Shown in pieces: positions 14,701-28,899 of a stretch of DNA of 64,000 bases; position 1 is the first letter of the stretch; every line of letters starts with the position of its first letter. The DNA is from Eledone cirrhosa (Eukaryota): assembly GCA_964016885.1 (NCBI GenBank), contig OZ024740.1:432016001-432080000 (forward strand), read 5' to 3'. A program made the position numbers and the translations under genes. Below the pieces are notes generated by a model, which saw nothing but the letters and a program-made list of their open reading frames with translations, was not told the DNA's origin and searched no databases.

Positions 14701-16200
14701 TCATATTACATAGTTTCTACAACAGAACACAACAGTCACCTAATGGGGAAGAGAGACATTATCAGGCTACAGCTGCCATATTATATAGTTTCTACAACAG
14801 ACCACAATAGTCACCTAGTGGGGAAGACAGACATTATCTGGCTACAGCTGCCATATTATATAGTTTCTACAACAGACCACAACAGTCACCTAGTGGGGAA
14901 GACAGACATTATCTGGCTACAGCTGCCATATTATATAGTTTCTACAACAGAACACAACAGTCACCTAGTGGGGAAGACAGACATCATCTGGCTACAGCTG
15001 CCATATTATATAGTTTCTACAACAGAACACAACAGTCACCTAGTGGGGAAGACAGACATTATCAAGCTACAGCTGTCATATTACATAGTTTCTACAACAG
15101 AACACAACAGTCACTAAATGGGGAAGACAGACATTATCAGGCTACAGCTGTCATATTATATAGTTTCTACAACAGACCACAACAGTCACCTAGTGGGGAA
15201 GACAGACATTATCAGGCTACAGCTGTCATGTTATATAGTTTCTATAACAGACCACAACAGTCGCCTAGTGGGGAAGACAGACATTATCAGGCTACAGCTG
15301 TCATATTACATAGTTTCTACAACAGACCACAACAGTCACCTAGTGGGGAAGAGAGACATTATCAGGCTACAGCTGTCATATTACATAGTTTCTACAACAG
15401 ACCACAACAGTCACCTAGTGGGGAAGACAGAAATTATCAGGCTACAGCTGTAATATTACATAGTTTCTACAACAGACCACAACAGTCACCTAGTGGGGAA
15501 CACAGACATTACCAGGCTACAGCTGTCATATTACATAGTTTCTACAACAGAACACAACAGTCACTAAATGGGGAAGACAGACATTATCAGGCTACAGCTG
15601 TCATATTATATAGTTTCTACAACAGACCACAACAGTCACCTAGTGGGGAAGACAGACATTATCAGGCTACAGCTGTCATGTTATATAGTTTCTATAACAG
15701 ACCACAACAGTCACCTAGTGGGGAAGACAGAAATTATCAGGCTACAGCTGTCATATTACATAGTTTCTACAACAGACCACAACAGTCACCTAGTGGGGAA
15801 GACAGACATTATCAGGCTACAGCTGCCATATTATATAGTTTCTACAACAGACCACAACAGTCACCAAATGGGCAAGATAGACATTATCAGGCTACAGCTG
15901 TGATATTATATAGTTTCTACAACAGACCACAACAGTCACCTAGTGGGGAAGACAGACATTATCTGGCTACAGCTGCCATATTATATAGTTTCTACAACAG
16001 AACAAAACAGTCACCTGGGGGGGAAGACAGACATTATCAGGCTACAGCTGTCATATTACATAGTTTCTACAACAGAACACAACAGTCACCTAATGGGGAA
16101 GACAGACATTGTCAGGCTACAGCTGCCATGTTATATAGTTTCTACAACAGACCACAACAGTCACCTAGTGGGGAAGACAGACATTATCTGGCTACAGCTG
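5701..16200. repeat. HOR family A (~46-51 monomers, ~3.45-3.83 kb), left cluster of ~3 tandem copies
   Basis: Rare markers recur in the same order. 'aatagtc' lies at 7231, 10981 and 14806 (spacings 3750 and 3825), with 'gtcgcc', 'gaacacagacattacc', 'catcatc' and 'tatcaag' in step. ORF starts 7543/11293/15118 show the same spacings. Unit starts are at 5701, 9151 and 12901. A further partial copy occupies 1-2290. Confidence 0.9.
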
Positions 16201-19200
16201 CAATATTATATAGTTTCTACAACAGACCACAACAGTCACCTAGTGGGGAAGACAGACATTATCAGGCTACAGCTGCCATATTATATAGTTTCTACAACAG
16301 ACCACAACAGTCACCTAGTGGGGAAGACAGACATTATCTGGCTACAGCTGCCATATTTTATAGTTTCTACAACAGACCACAACAGTCACCTAGTGGGGAA
16401 GACAGACATTATCAGGCTACAGCTGCAATATTATATAGTTTCTACAACAGACCACAACAGTCACCTAGTGGGGAAGACAGACATTATCTGGCTACAGCTG
16501 CCATATTATATAGTTTCTACAACAGACCACAACAGTCACCTAGTGGGGAAGACAGACATTATCAGGCTACAGCTGCCATATTATATAGTTTCTACAACAG
16601 AACACAACAGTCACCTAGTGGGGAAGATAGACATTATCAGGCTACAGCTGTCATATTACATAGTTTCTACAACAGAACACAACAGTCACCTAATGGGGAA
16701 GACAGACATTATCAGGCTACAGCTGCCATATTATATAGTTTCTACAACAGACCACAACAGTCACCTAGTGGGGAAGACAGACATTATCAGGCTACAGCTG
16801 TCATATTACATAGTTTCTACAACAGACCACAACAGTCACCTAGTGGGGAAGACAGACATTATCAGGCTACAGCTGTCATATTACATAGTTTCTACAACAG
16901 ACCACAACAGTCACATAGTGGGGAAGACGGACATTATCAGGCTACAGCTGTCATATTACATAGTTTCTACAACAGACCACAACAGTCACATAGTGGGGAA
17001 GATAGACATTATCAGGCTACAGCTGTCATATTATATAGTTTCTACAACAGACCACAACAGTCACATAGTGGGGAAGACAGACATTATCAGGCTACAGCTG
17101 TCATATTACATAGTTTCTACAACAGAACACAACAGTCACCAAATGGGGAAGACAGACATTATCAGGCTACAGCTGCTATATTATATAGTTTCTACAACAG
17201 ACCACAACAGTCACCAAATGGGGAAGACAGACATTATCAGGCTACAGCTGCGATATTATATAGTTTCTACAACAGACCACAACAGTCACCAAATGGGCAA
17301 GATAGACATTATCAGGCTACAGCTGTCATATTATATAGTTTCTACAACAGACCACAACAGTCACCTAGTGGGGAAGACAGACATTATCAGGCTACAGCTG
17401 CCATATTATATAGTTTCTACAACAGACCACAACAGTCACCTAGTGGGGAAGACAGGCATTATCAGGCTACAGCTGTCATATTACATAGTATCTACAACAG
17501 ACCACAACAGTCACCTAGTGGGGAAGACAGACATTATCAGGCTACAGCTGCCATATTATATAGTTTCTACAACAGACCACAACAGTCACCTAGTGGGGAA
17601 GAAAGACATTATCAGGCTACAGCTGCCATATTATATAGTTTCTACAACAGAACACAACAGTCACCTAGTGGGGAAGACAGACATTATCAGGCTACAGATG
17701 TCATATTACATAGTTTCTACAACAGAACACAACAGTCACTAAATGGGGAAGACAGACATTATCAGGCTACAGCTGTCATATTATATAGTTTTTACAACAG
17801 ACCACAACAGTCACCTAGTGGGGAAGACAGACATTATCAGGCTACAGCTGTCATATTATATAGTTTCTATAACAGACCACAACAGTCACCTAGTGGGGAA
17901 GACAGACATTATCAGGCTACAGCTGTCATATTACATAGTTTCTACAACAGACCACAACAGTCACCTAGTGGGGAAGACAGACATTATCAGGCTACAGCTG
18001 TCATATTACATGGTTTCTACAACAGACCACAACAGTCACATAGTGGGGAAGACAGACATTATCAGGCTACAGCTGTCATATTACATAGTTTCTACAACAG
18101 ACCACAACAGTCACCTAGTGGGGAAGACAGACATTATCAGGCTACAGCTGTCATATTACATAGTTTCTACAACAGACCACAACAGTCACCTAGTGGGGAA
18201 GACAGACATTATCAGGCTACAGCTGTCATGTTATATAGTTTCTACAACAGACCACAACAGTCACCAAATGGGGAAGACAGACATTATAAGGCTACAGCTG
18301 TCATATTATATAGTTTCTACAACAGACCACAACAGTCACCAAATGGGCAAGATAGACATTATCAGGCTACAGCTGTCATATTATATAGTTTCTACAACAG
18401 ACCACAACAGTCACCTAGTGGGGAAGACAGACATTATCTGGCTACAGCTGCCATATTATATAGTTTCTACAACAGAACACAACAGTCACTTAGTGGGGAA
18501 GACAGACATTATCAGGCTACAGCTGTCATATTACATAGTTTCTACAACAGAACACAACAGTCACCTAATGGGGAAGAGAGACATTATCAGGCTACAGCTG
18601 CCATATTATATAGTTTCTACAACAGACCACAACAGTCACCTAGTGGGGAAGACAGACATTATCTGGCTACAGCTGCCATATTATATAGTTTCTACAACAG
18701 ACCACAACAGTCACCTAGTGGGGAAGACAGACATTATCAGGCTACAGCTGCCATATTATATAGTTTCTACAACAGAACACAACAGTCACCTAGTGAGGAA
18801 GATAGACATTATCAGGCTACAGCTGTCATATTACATAGTTTCTACAACAGAACACAACAGTCACCTAATGGGGAAGACAGACATTATCAGGCTACAGCTG
18901 CAATATTATATAGTTTCTACAACAGACCACAACAGTCACCTAGTGGGGAAGACAGACATTATCAGGCTACAGCTGTCATATTACATAGTTTCTACAACAG
19001 ACCACAACAGTCACCTAGTGGGGAAGACAGACATTATCAGGCTACAGCTGCCATATTATATAGTTTCTACAACAGACCACAACAGTCACCAAATGGGCAA
19101 GATAGACATTATCAGGCTACAGCTGTGATATTATATAGTTTCTACAACAGACCACAACAGTCACCTAGTGGGGAAGACAGACATTATCTGGCTACAGCTG

Positions 19201-22200
19201 CCATATTATATAGTTTCTACAACAGAACACAACAGTCACCTAGTGGGGAAGACAGACATTATCAGGCTACAGCTGTCATATTACATAGTTTCTACAACAG
19301 ACCACAACAGTCACCTAGTGGGGAAGACAGACATTATCTGGCTACAGCTGCCATATTATATAGTTTCTACAACAGACCACAACAGTCACCTAGTGGGGAA
19401 GACAGACATTATCAGGCTACAGCTGCCATATTATATAGTTTCTACAACAGAACACAACAGTCACCTAGTGAGGAAGATAGACATTATCAGGCTACAGCTG
19501 TCATATTACATAGTTTCTACAACAGAACACAACAGTCACCTAATGGGGAAGACAGACATTATCAGGCTACAGCTGCAATATTATATAGTTTCTACAACAG
19601 ACCACAACAGTCACCTAGTGGGGAAGACAGACATTATCAGGCTACAGCTGTCATATTACATAGTTTCTACAACAGACCACAACAGTCACCTAGTGGGGAA
19701 GACAGACATTATCAGGCTACAGCTGCCATATTATATAGTTTCTACAACAGACCACAACAGTCACCAAATGGGCAAGATAGACATTATCAGGCTACAGCTG
19801 TGATATTATATAGTTTCTACAACAGACCACAACAGTCACCTAGTGGGGAAGACAGACATTATCTGGCTACAGCTGCCATATTATATAGTTTCTACAACAG
19901 AACACAACAGTCACCTAGTGGGGAAGACAGACATTATCAGGCTACAGCTGTCATATTACATAGTTTCTACAACAGAACACAACAGTCACCTAATGGGGAA
20001 GACGGACATTGTCAGGCTACAGCTGCCATGTTATATAGTTTCTACAACAGACCACAACAGTCACCTAGTGGGGAAGACAGACATTATCAGGCTACAGCTG
20101 CCATATTATATAGTTTCTACAACAGACCACAACAGTCACCAAATGGGCAAGATAGACATTATCAGGCTACAGCTGTGATATTATATAGTTTCTACAACAG
20201 ACCACAACAGTCACCTAGTGGGGAAGACAGACATTATCTGGCTACAGCTGCCATATTATATAGTTTCTACAACAGAACACAACAGTCACCTGGGGGGGAA
20301 GACAGACATTATCAGGCTACAGCTGTCATATTACATAGTTTCTACAACAGAACACAACAGTCACCTAATGGGGAAGACAGACATTGTCAGGCTACAGCTG
20401 CCATGTTATATAGTTTCTACAACAGACCACAACAGTCACCTAGTGGGGAAGACAGACATTATCTGGCTACAGCTGCCATATTATATAGTTTCTACAACAG
20501 ACCACAACAGTCACCTAGTGGGGAAGACAGACATTATCAGGCTACAGCTGCCATATTATATAGTTTCTACAACAGACCACAACAGTCACCTAGTGGGGAA
20601 GACAGACATTATCTGGCTACAGCTGCTATATTTTATAGTTTCTACAACAGACCACAACAGTCACCTAGTGGGGAAGACAGACATTATCAGGCTACAGCTG
20701 CAATATTATATAGTTTCTACAACAGACCACAACAGTCACCTAGTGGGCAAGACAGACATTATCTGGCTACAGCTGCCATATTATATAGTTTCTACAACAG
20801 ACCACAACAGTCACCTAGTGGGGAAGACAGACATTATCAGGCTACAGCTGCCATATTATATAGTTTCTACAACAGAACACAACAGTCACCTAGTGGGGAA
20901 GATAGACATTATCAGGCTACAGCTGTCATATTACATAGTTTCTACAACAGAACACAACAGTCACCTAATGGGGAAGACAGACATTATCAGGCTACAGCTG
21001 CCATATTATATAGTTTCTACAACAGACCACAACAGTCACCTAGTGGGGAAGACAGACATTATCAGGCTACAGCTGTCATATTACATAGTTTCTACAACAG
21101 ACCGCAACAGTCACCTAGTGGGGAAGACAGGCATTATCAGGCAACAGCTGTCATATTACATAGTTTCTACAACAGACCACAACAGTCACATAGTGGGGAA
21201 GACGGACATTATCAGGCTACAGCTGTCATATTACATAGTTTCTACAACAGACCACAACAGTCACATAGTGGGGAAGATAGACATTATCAGGCTACAGCTG
21301 TCATATTATATAGTTTCTACAACAGACCACAACAGTCACATAGTGGGGAAGACAGACATTATCAGGCTACAGCTGTCATATTACATAGTTTCTACAACAG
21401 AACACAACAGTCACCAAATGGGGAAGACAGACATTATCAGGCTACAGCTGCTATATTATATAGTTTCTACAACAGACCACAACAGTCACCAAATGGGGAA
21501 GACAGACATTATCAGGCTACAGCTGCGATATTATATAGTTTCTACAACAGACCACAACAGTCACCAAATGGGCAAGATAGACATTATCAGGCTACAGCTG
21601 TCATATTATATAGTTTCTACAACAGATCACAACAGTCACCTAGTGGGGAAGACAGACATTATCAGGCTACAGCTGCCATATTATATAGTTTCTACAACAG
21701 ACCACAACAGTCACCTAGTGGGGAAGACAGGCATTATCAGGCTACAGCTGTCATATTACATAGTATCTACAACAGACCACAACAGTCACCTAGTGGGGAA
21801 GACAGACATTATCAGGCTACAGCTGCCATATTATATAGTTTCTACAACAGACCACAACAGTCACCTAGTGGGGAAGAAAGACATTATCAGGCTACAGCTG
21901 CCATATTATATAGTTTCTACAACAGAACACAACAGTCACCTAGTGGGGAAGACAGACATTATCAGGCTACAGCTGTCATATTACATAGTTTCTACAACAG
22001 AACACAACAGTCACTAAATGGGGAAGACAGACATTATCAGGCTACAGCTGTCATATTATATAGTTTTTACAACAGACCACAACAGTCACCTAGTGGGGAA
22101 GACAGACATTATCAGGCTACAGCTGTCATATTATATAGTTTCTATAACAGACCACAACAGTCACCTAGTGGGGAAGACAGACATTATCAGGCTACAGCTG

Positions 22201-24660
22201 TCATATTACATAGTTTCTACAACAGACCACAACAGTCACCTAGTGGGGAAGACAGACATTATCAGGCTACAGCTGTCATATTACATGGTTTCTACAACAG
22301 ACCACAACAGTCACATAGTGGGGAAGACAGACATTATCAGGCTACAGCTGTCATATTACATAGTTTCTACAACAGACCACAACAGTCACCTAGTGGGGAA
22401 GACAGACATTATCAGGCTACAGCTGTCATATTACATAGTTTCTACAACAGACCACAACAGTCACCTAGTGGGGAAGACAGACATTATCAGGCTACAGCTG
22501 TCATGTTATATAGTTTCTACAACAGACCACAACAGTCACCAAATGGGGAAGACAGACATTATAAGGCTACAGCTGTCATATTATATAGTTTCTACAACAG
22601 ACCACAACAGTCACCAAATGGGCAAGATAGACATTATCAGGCTACAGCTGTCATATTATATAGTTTCTACAACAGACCACAACAGTCACCTAGTGGGGAA
22701 GACAGACATTATCTGGCTACAGCTGCCATATTATATAGTTTCTACAACAGAACACAACAGTCACCTAGTGGGGAAGACAGACATTATCAGGCTACAGCTG
22801 TCATATTACATAGTTTCTACAACAGAACACAACAGTCACCTAATGGGGAAGAGAGACATTATCAGGCTACAGCTGCATATTATATAGTTTCTACAACAGA
22901 CCACAACAGTCACCTAGTGGGGAAGACAGACATTATCTGGCTACAGCTGCCATATTATATAGTTTCTACAACAGACCACAACAGTCACCTAGTGGGGAAG
23001 ACAGACATTATCAGGCTACAGCTGCCATATTATATAGTTTCTACAACAGAACACAACAGTCACCTAGTGAGGAAGATAGACATTATCAGGCTACAGCTGT
23101 CATATTACATAGTTTCTACAACAGAACACAACAGTCACCTAATGGGGAAGACAGACATTATCAGGCTACAGCTGCAATATTATATAGTTTCTACAACAGA
23201 CCACAACAGTCACCTAGTGGGGAAGACAGACATTATCTGGCTACAGCTGCCATATTATATAGTTTCTACAACAGACCACAACAGTCACCTAGTGGGGAAG
23301 ACAGACATTATCAGGCTACAGCTGCCATATTATATAGTTTCTACAACAGAACACAACAGTCACCTAGTGAGGAAGATAGACATTATCAGGCTACAGCTGT
23401 CATATTACATAGTTTCTACAAAAGAACACAACAGTCACCTAATGGGGAAGACAGACATTATCAGGCTACAGCTGCAATATTATATAGTTTCTACAACAGA
23501 CCACAACAGTCACCTAGTGGGGAAGACAGACATTATCAGGCTACAGCTGTCATATTACATAGTTTCTACAACAGACCACAACAGTCACCTAGTGGGGAAG
23601 ACAGACATTATCAGGCTACAGCTGCCATATTATATAGTTTCTACAACAGACCACAACAGTCACCAAATGGGCAAGATAGACATTATCAGGCTACAGCTGT
23701 GATATTATATAGTTTCTACAACAGACCACAACAGTCACCTAGTGGGGAAGACAGACATTATCTGGCTACAGCTGCCATATTATATAGTTTCTACAACAGA
23801 ACACAACAGTCACCTAGTGGGGAAGACAGACATTATCAGGCTACAGCTGTCATATTACATAGTTTCTACAACAGACCACAACAGTCACCTAGTGGGGAAG
23901 ACAGACATTATCTGGCTACAGCTGCCATATTATATAGTTTCTACAACAGACCACAACAGTCACCTAGTGGGGAAGACAGACATTATCAGGCTACAGCTGC
24001 CATATTATATAGTTTCTACAACAGAACACAACAGTCACCTAGTGAGGAAGATAGACATTATCAGGCTACAGCTGTCATATTACATAGTTTCTACAACAGA
24101 ACACAACAGTCACCTAATGGGGAAGACAGACATTATCAGGCTACAGCTGCAATATTATATAGTTTCTACAACAGACCACAACAGTCACCTAGTGGGGAAG
24201 ACAGACATTATCAGGCTACAGCTGTCATATTACATAGTTTCTACAACAGACCACAACAGTCACCTAGTGGGGAAGACAGACATTATCAGGCTACAGCTGC
24301 CATATTATATAGTTTCTACAACAGACCACAACAGTCACCAAATGGGCAAGATAGACATTATCAGGCTACAGCTGTGATATTATATAGTTTCTACAACAGA
24401 CCACAACAGTCACCTAGTGGGGAAGACAGACATTATCTGGCTACAGCTGCCATATTATATAGTTTCTACAACAGAACACAACAGTCACCTAGTGGGGAAG
24501 ACAGACATTATCAGGCTACAGCTGTCATATTACATAGTTTCTACAACAGAACACAACAGTCACCTAATGGGGAAGACGGACATTGTCAGGCTACAGCTGC
24601 CATGTTATATAGTTTCTACAACAGACCACAACAGTCACCTAGTGGGGAAGACAGACATTA
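15800..24660. repeat. HOR family B (57 monomers, 4275 bp), left cluster of ~2 copies
   Basis: Markers 'gacggac', 'gacaggc', 'gaagaaag', 'gtttttac', 'catggtt' and 'gtgaggaagatag' recur at a 4275-bp offset. ORF pairs 15943/20218 and 17743/22018 differ by 4275 = 57x75. Boundaries are approximate. Confidence 0.9.
22876..22877. other. 1-bp deletion giving a 74-bp monomer (AGCTGCCATA to AGCTGCATA)
   Basis: Line 22861 reads 'atcaggctac agctgcatat'. The downstream register shifts by -1, and the 2824-aa ORF switches from one repeat peptide to the other here. Confidence 0.95.
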
Positions 24661-27600
24661 TCTGGCTACAGCTGTCATATTATGTAGTTTCTACAACAGA
24701 CCACAACAGTCACCAAATGGGGAAGACAGACATTATCAGGCTACAGCTGCCATATTATATAGTTTCTACAACAGACCACAACAGTCACCAAATGGGGAAG
24801 ACAGACAATATCAGGCTACAGCTGTCATATTATATAGTTTCTACAACAGACCACAACAGTCACCAAATGGGGAAGACAGACAATATCAGGCTACAGCTGT
24901 CATATTATATAGTTTCTACAACAGACCACAACAGTCACCAAATGGGGAAGACAGACATTATCAGGCTACAGCTGTCATATTATATAGTTTCTACAACAGA
25001 CCACAACAGTCACCAAATGGGGAAGACAGACAATATCAGGCTACAGCTGTCATATTATATAGTTTCTACAACAGACCACAACAGTCACCAAATGGGGAAG
25101 ACAGACAATATCAGGCTACAGCTGTCATATTATATAGTTTCTACAACAGACCACAACAGTCACCAAATGGGGAAGACAGACATTATCAGGCTACAGCTGT
25201 CATATTATATAGTTTCTACAACAGACCACAACAGTCACCAAATGGGGAAGACAGACAATATCAGGCTACAGCTGTCCTATTATATAGTTTCTACAACAGA
25301 CCACAACAGTCACCTAGTGGGGAAGACAGACATTATCAGGCTACAGCTGTCATATTATATAGTTTCTACAACAATCCACAACAGTCACCAAATGGGGAAG
25401 ACAGACATTATCAGGCTACAGCTGCCATATTATATAGTTTCTACAACAGACCACAACAGTCACCTAGTGGGGAAGACAGACATTATCTGGCTACAGCTGT
25501 CATATTATGTAGTTTCTACAACAGACCACAACAGTCACCAAATGGGGAAGACAGACATTATCAGGCTACAGCTGCCATATTATATAGTTTCTACAACAGA
25601 CCACAACAGTCACCTAGTGGGGAAGACAGACATTATCTGGCTACAGCTGTCATATTATGTAGTTTCTACAACAGACCACAACAGTCACCAAATGGGGAAG
25701 ACAGACAATATCAGGCTACAGCTGTCATATTATATAGTTTCTACAACAGACCACAACAGTCACCTAGTGGGGAAGACAGACATTATCTGGCTACAGCTGC
25801 CATATTACATAGTTTCTACAACAGACCACAACAGTCACCTAGTGGGGAAGACAGACATTATCAGGCTACAGCTGCCATATTACATAGTTTCTACAACAGA
25901 ACACAACAGTCACCAAATGGGGAAGACAGACATTATCTGGCTACAGCTGTCATATTATGTAGTTTCTACAACAGACCACAACAGTCACCAAATGGGGAAG
26001 ACAGACATTATCAGGCTACAGCTGTCATATTACATAGTTTCTACAACAGACCACAACAGTCACCTAGTGGGGAAGACAGACATTATCAGGCTACAGCTGC
26101 CATATTATATAGTTTCTACAACAGACCACAACAGTCACCTAGTGGGGAAGACAGACATTATCTGGCTACAGCTGCCATATTATATAGTTTCTACAACAGA
26201 CCACAACAGTCACCTAGTGGGGAAGACAGACATTATCAGGCTACAGCTGTCATATTATATAGTTTCTACAACAGACCACAACAGTCACCTAGTGGGTAAG
26301 ACAGACATTATCAGGCTACAGCTGTCATATTATATAGTTTATACAACAGACCACAACAGTCACCTAGTGGGGAAGACAGACATTATCAGGCTACAGCTGT
26401 CATGTTATATAGTTTCTACAACAGAACACAACAGTCACCAAATGGGAAAGACAGACATTATCAGGCTACAGCTGCCATATTATATAGTTTCTACAACAGA
26501 CCACAACAGTCACCAAATGGGGAAGACAGACAATATCAGGCTACAGCTGTCATATTATATAGTTTCTACAACAGACCACAACAGTCACCAAATGGGGAAG
26601 ACAGACATTATCAGGCTACAGCTGTCATATTATATAGTTTCTACAACAGACCACAACAGTCACCTAGTGGGGAAGACAGACATTATCAGGCTACAGCCGT
26701 CATATTATATAGTTTCTACAACAGATCACAACAGTCACCTAGTGGGGAAGACAGACATTATCAGGCTACAGCCGTCATATTATATAGTTTCTACAACAGA
26801 CCACAACAGTCACCTAGTGGGGAAGACAGACACTATCAGGCTACAGCTGTCATATTATATAGTTTCTACAACAGACCACAACAGTCACCAAATGGGGAAG
26901 ACAGACAATATCAGGCTACAGCTGTCATATTATATAGTTTCTACAACAGACCACAACAGTCACCAAATGGGGAAGACAGACATTATCAGGCTACAGCTGC
27001 CATGTTATATAGTTTCTACAACAGACCACAACAGTCACCTAGTGGGGAAGACAGACATTATCTGGCTACAGCTGTCATATTATGTAGTTTCTACAACAGA
27101 CCACAACAGTCACCAAATGGGGAAGACAGACATTATCAGGCTACAGCTGCCATATTATATAGTTTCTACAACAGACCACAACAGTCACCTAGTGGGGAAG
27201 ACAGACATTATCTGGCTACAGCTGTCATATTATGTAGTTTCTACAACAGACCACAACAGTCACCAAATGGGGAAGACAGACAATATCAGGCTACAGCTTT
27301 CATATTATATAGTTTCTACAACAGACCACAACAGTCACCTAGTGGGGAAGACAGACATTATCAGGTTACAGCTGCCATATTATATAGTTTCTACAACAGA
27401 CCACAACAGTCACCTAGTGGGGAAGACAGACATTATCAGGCTATAGCTGTCATATTATATAGTTTCTACAACAGACCACAACAGTCACCAAATGGGGAAG
27501 ACAGACAATATCAGGCTACAGCTGTCATATTATATAGTTTCTACAACAGACCACAACAGTCACCTAGTGGGGAAGACAGACATTATCAGGCTACAGCTGT

Positions 27601-27700
27601 CATGTTATATAGTTTCTACAACAGAACACAACAGTCACCAAATGGGAAAGACAGACATTATCAGGCTACAGCTGCCACATTATATAGTTTCTACAACAGA
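24660..27700. repeat. Distinct monomer sub-family domain within the array
   Basis: Variants 'gacaatatc', 'ttatgtag' and 'atgggaaag' were seen only here, and 'accaaatg' is strongly enriched. A local 225-bp (3-monomer) periodicity runs over 24780-25260. Confidence 0.85.
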
Positions 27701-28899
27701 CCACAACAGTTACCTAGTGGGGAACACAGACATTATCAGGCTACAGCTGTCATATTACATAGTTTCTACAACAGAACACAACAGTCACCTAGTGGGGAAG
27801 ACAGACATTATCAGGCTACAGCTGTCATATTACATAGTTTCTACAACAGACCACAACAGTCACCTAGTGGGGAAGACAGACATTATCAGGCTACAGCTGC
27901 CATATTATATAGTTTCTACAACAGACCACAACAGTCACCAAATGGGCAAGATAGACATTATCAGGCTACAGCTGTCATGTTATATAGTTTCTACAACAGA
28001 CCACAACAGTCACCTAGTGGGGAAGACAGACATTATCTGGCTACAGCTGCAATATTATATAGTTTCTACAACAGAACACAACAGTCACCTAGTGGGGAAG
28101 ACAGACATTATCAGGCTACAGCTGTCATATTACATAGTTTCTACAACAGAACACAACAGTCACCTAATGGGGAAGACAGACATTATCAGGCTAAGGCTGC
28201 CATATTATATAGTTTCTACAACAGACCACAAAAGTCACCTAGTGGGGAAGACAGACATTATCTGGCTACAGCTGCCATATTATATAGTTTCTACAACAGA
28301 CCACAACAGTCACCTAGTGGGGAAGACAGACATTATCAGGCTACAGCTGCCATATTATATAGTTTCTACAACAGACCACAACAGTCACCTAGTGGGGAAG
28401 ACAGACATTATCTGGCTACAGCTGCCATATTTTATAGTTTCTACAACAGACCACAACAGTCACCTAGTGTGGAAGACAGACATTATCAGGCTACAGCTGT
28501 CATATTATATAGTTTCTACAACAGACCACAACAGTCACCTAGTGGGGAAGACAGACATTATCTGGCTACAGCTGCCATATTATATAGTTTCTACAACAGA
28601 CCACAACAGTCACCTAGTGGGGAAGACAGACATTATCAGGCTACAGCTGCCATATTATATAGTTTCTACAACAGAACACAACAGTCACCTAGTAGGGAAG
28701 ATAGACATTATCAGGCTACAGCTGTCATATTACATAGTTTCTACAACAGAACACAACAGTCACCTAATGGGGAAGCCAGACATTATCAGGCTACAGCTGC
28801 CATATTATATAGTTTCTACAACAGACCACAACAGTCACCTAGTGGGGAAGACAGACATTATCTGGCTACAGCTGTCATATTACATAGTTTCTACAACAG

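Noticed and set aside
15228-23702. 2824-aa two-domain ORF (also 47402-55876), suggesting a fusion or programmed frameshift
   Set aside because: Fully explained by the 1-bp deletion joining the two open frames; no slippery site is present.
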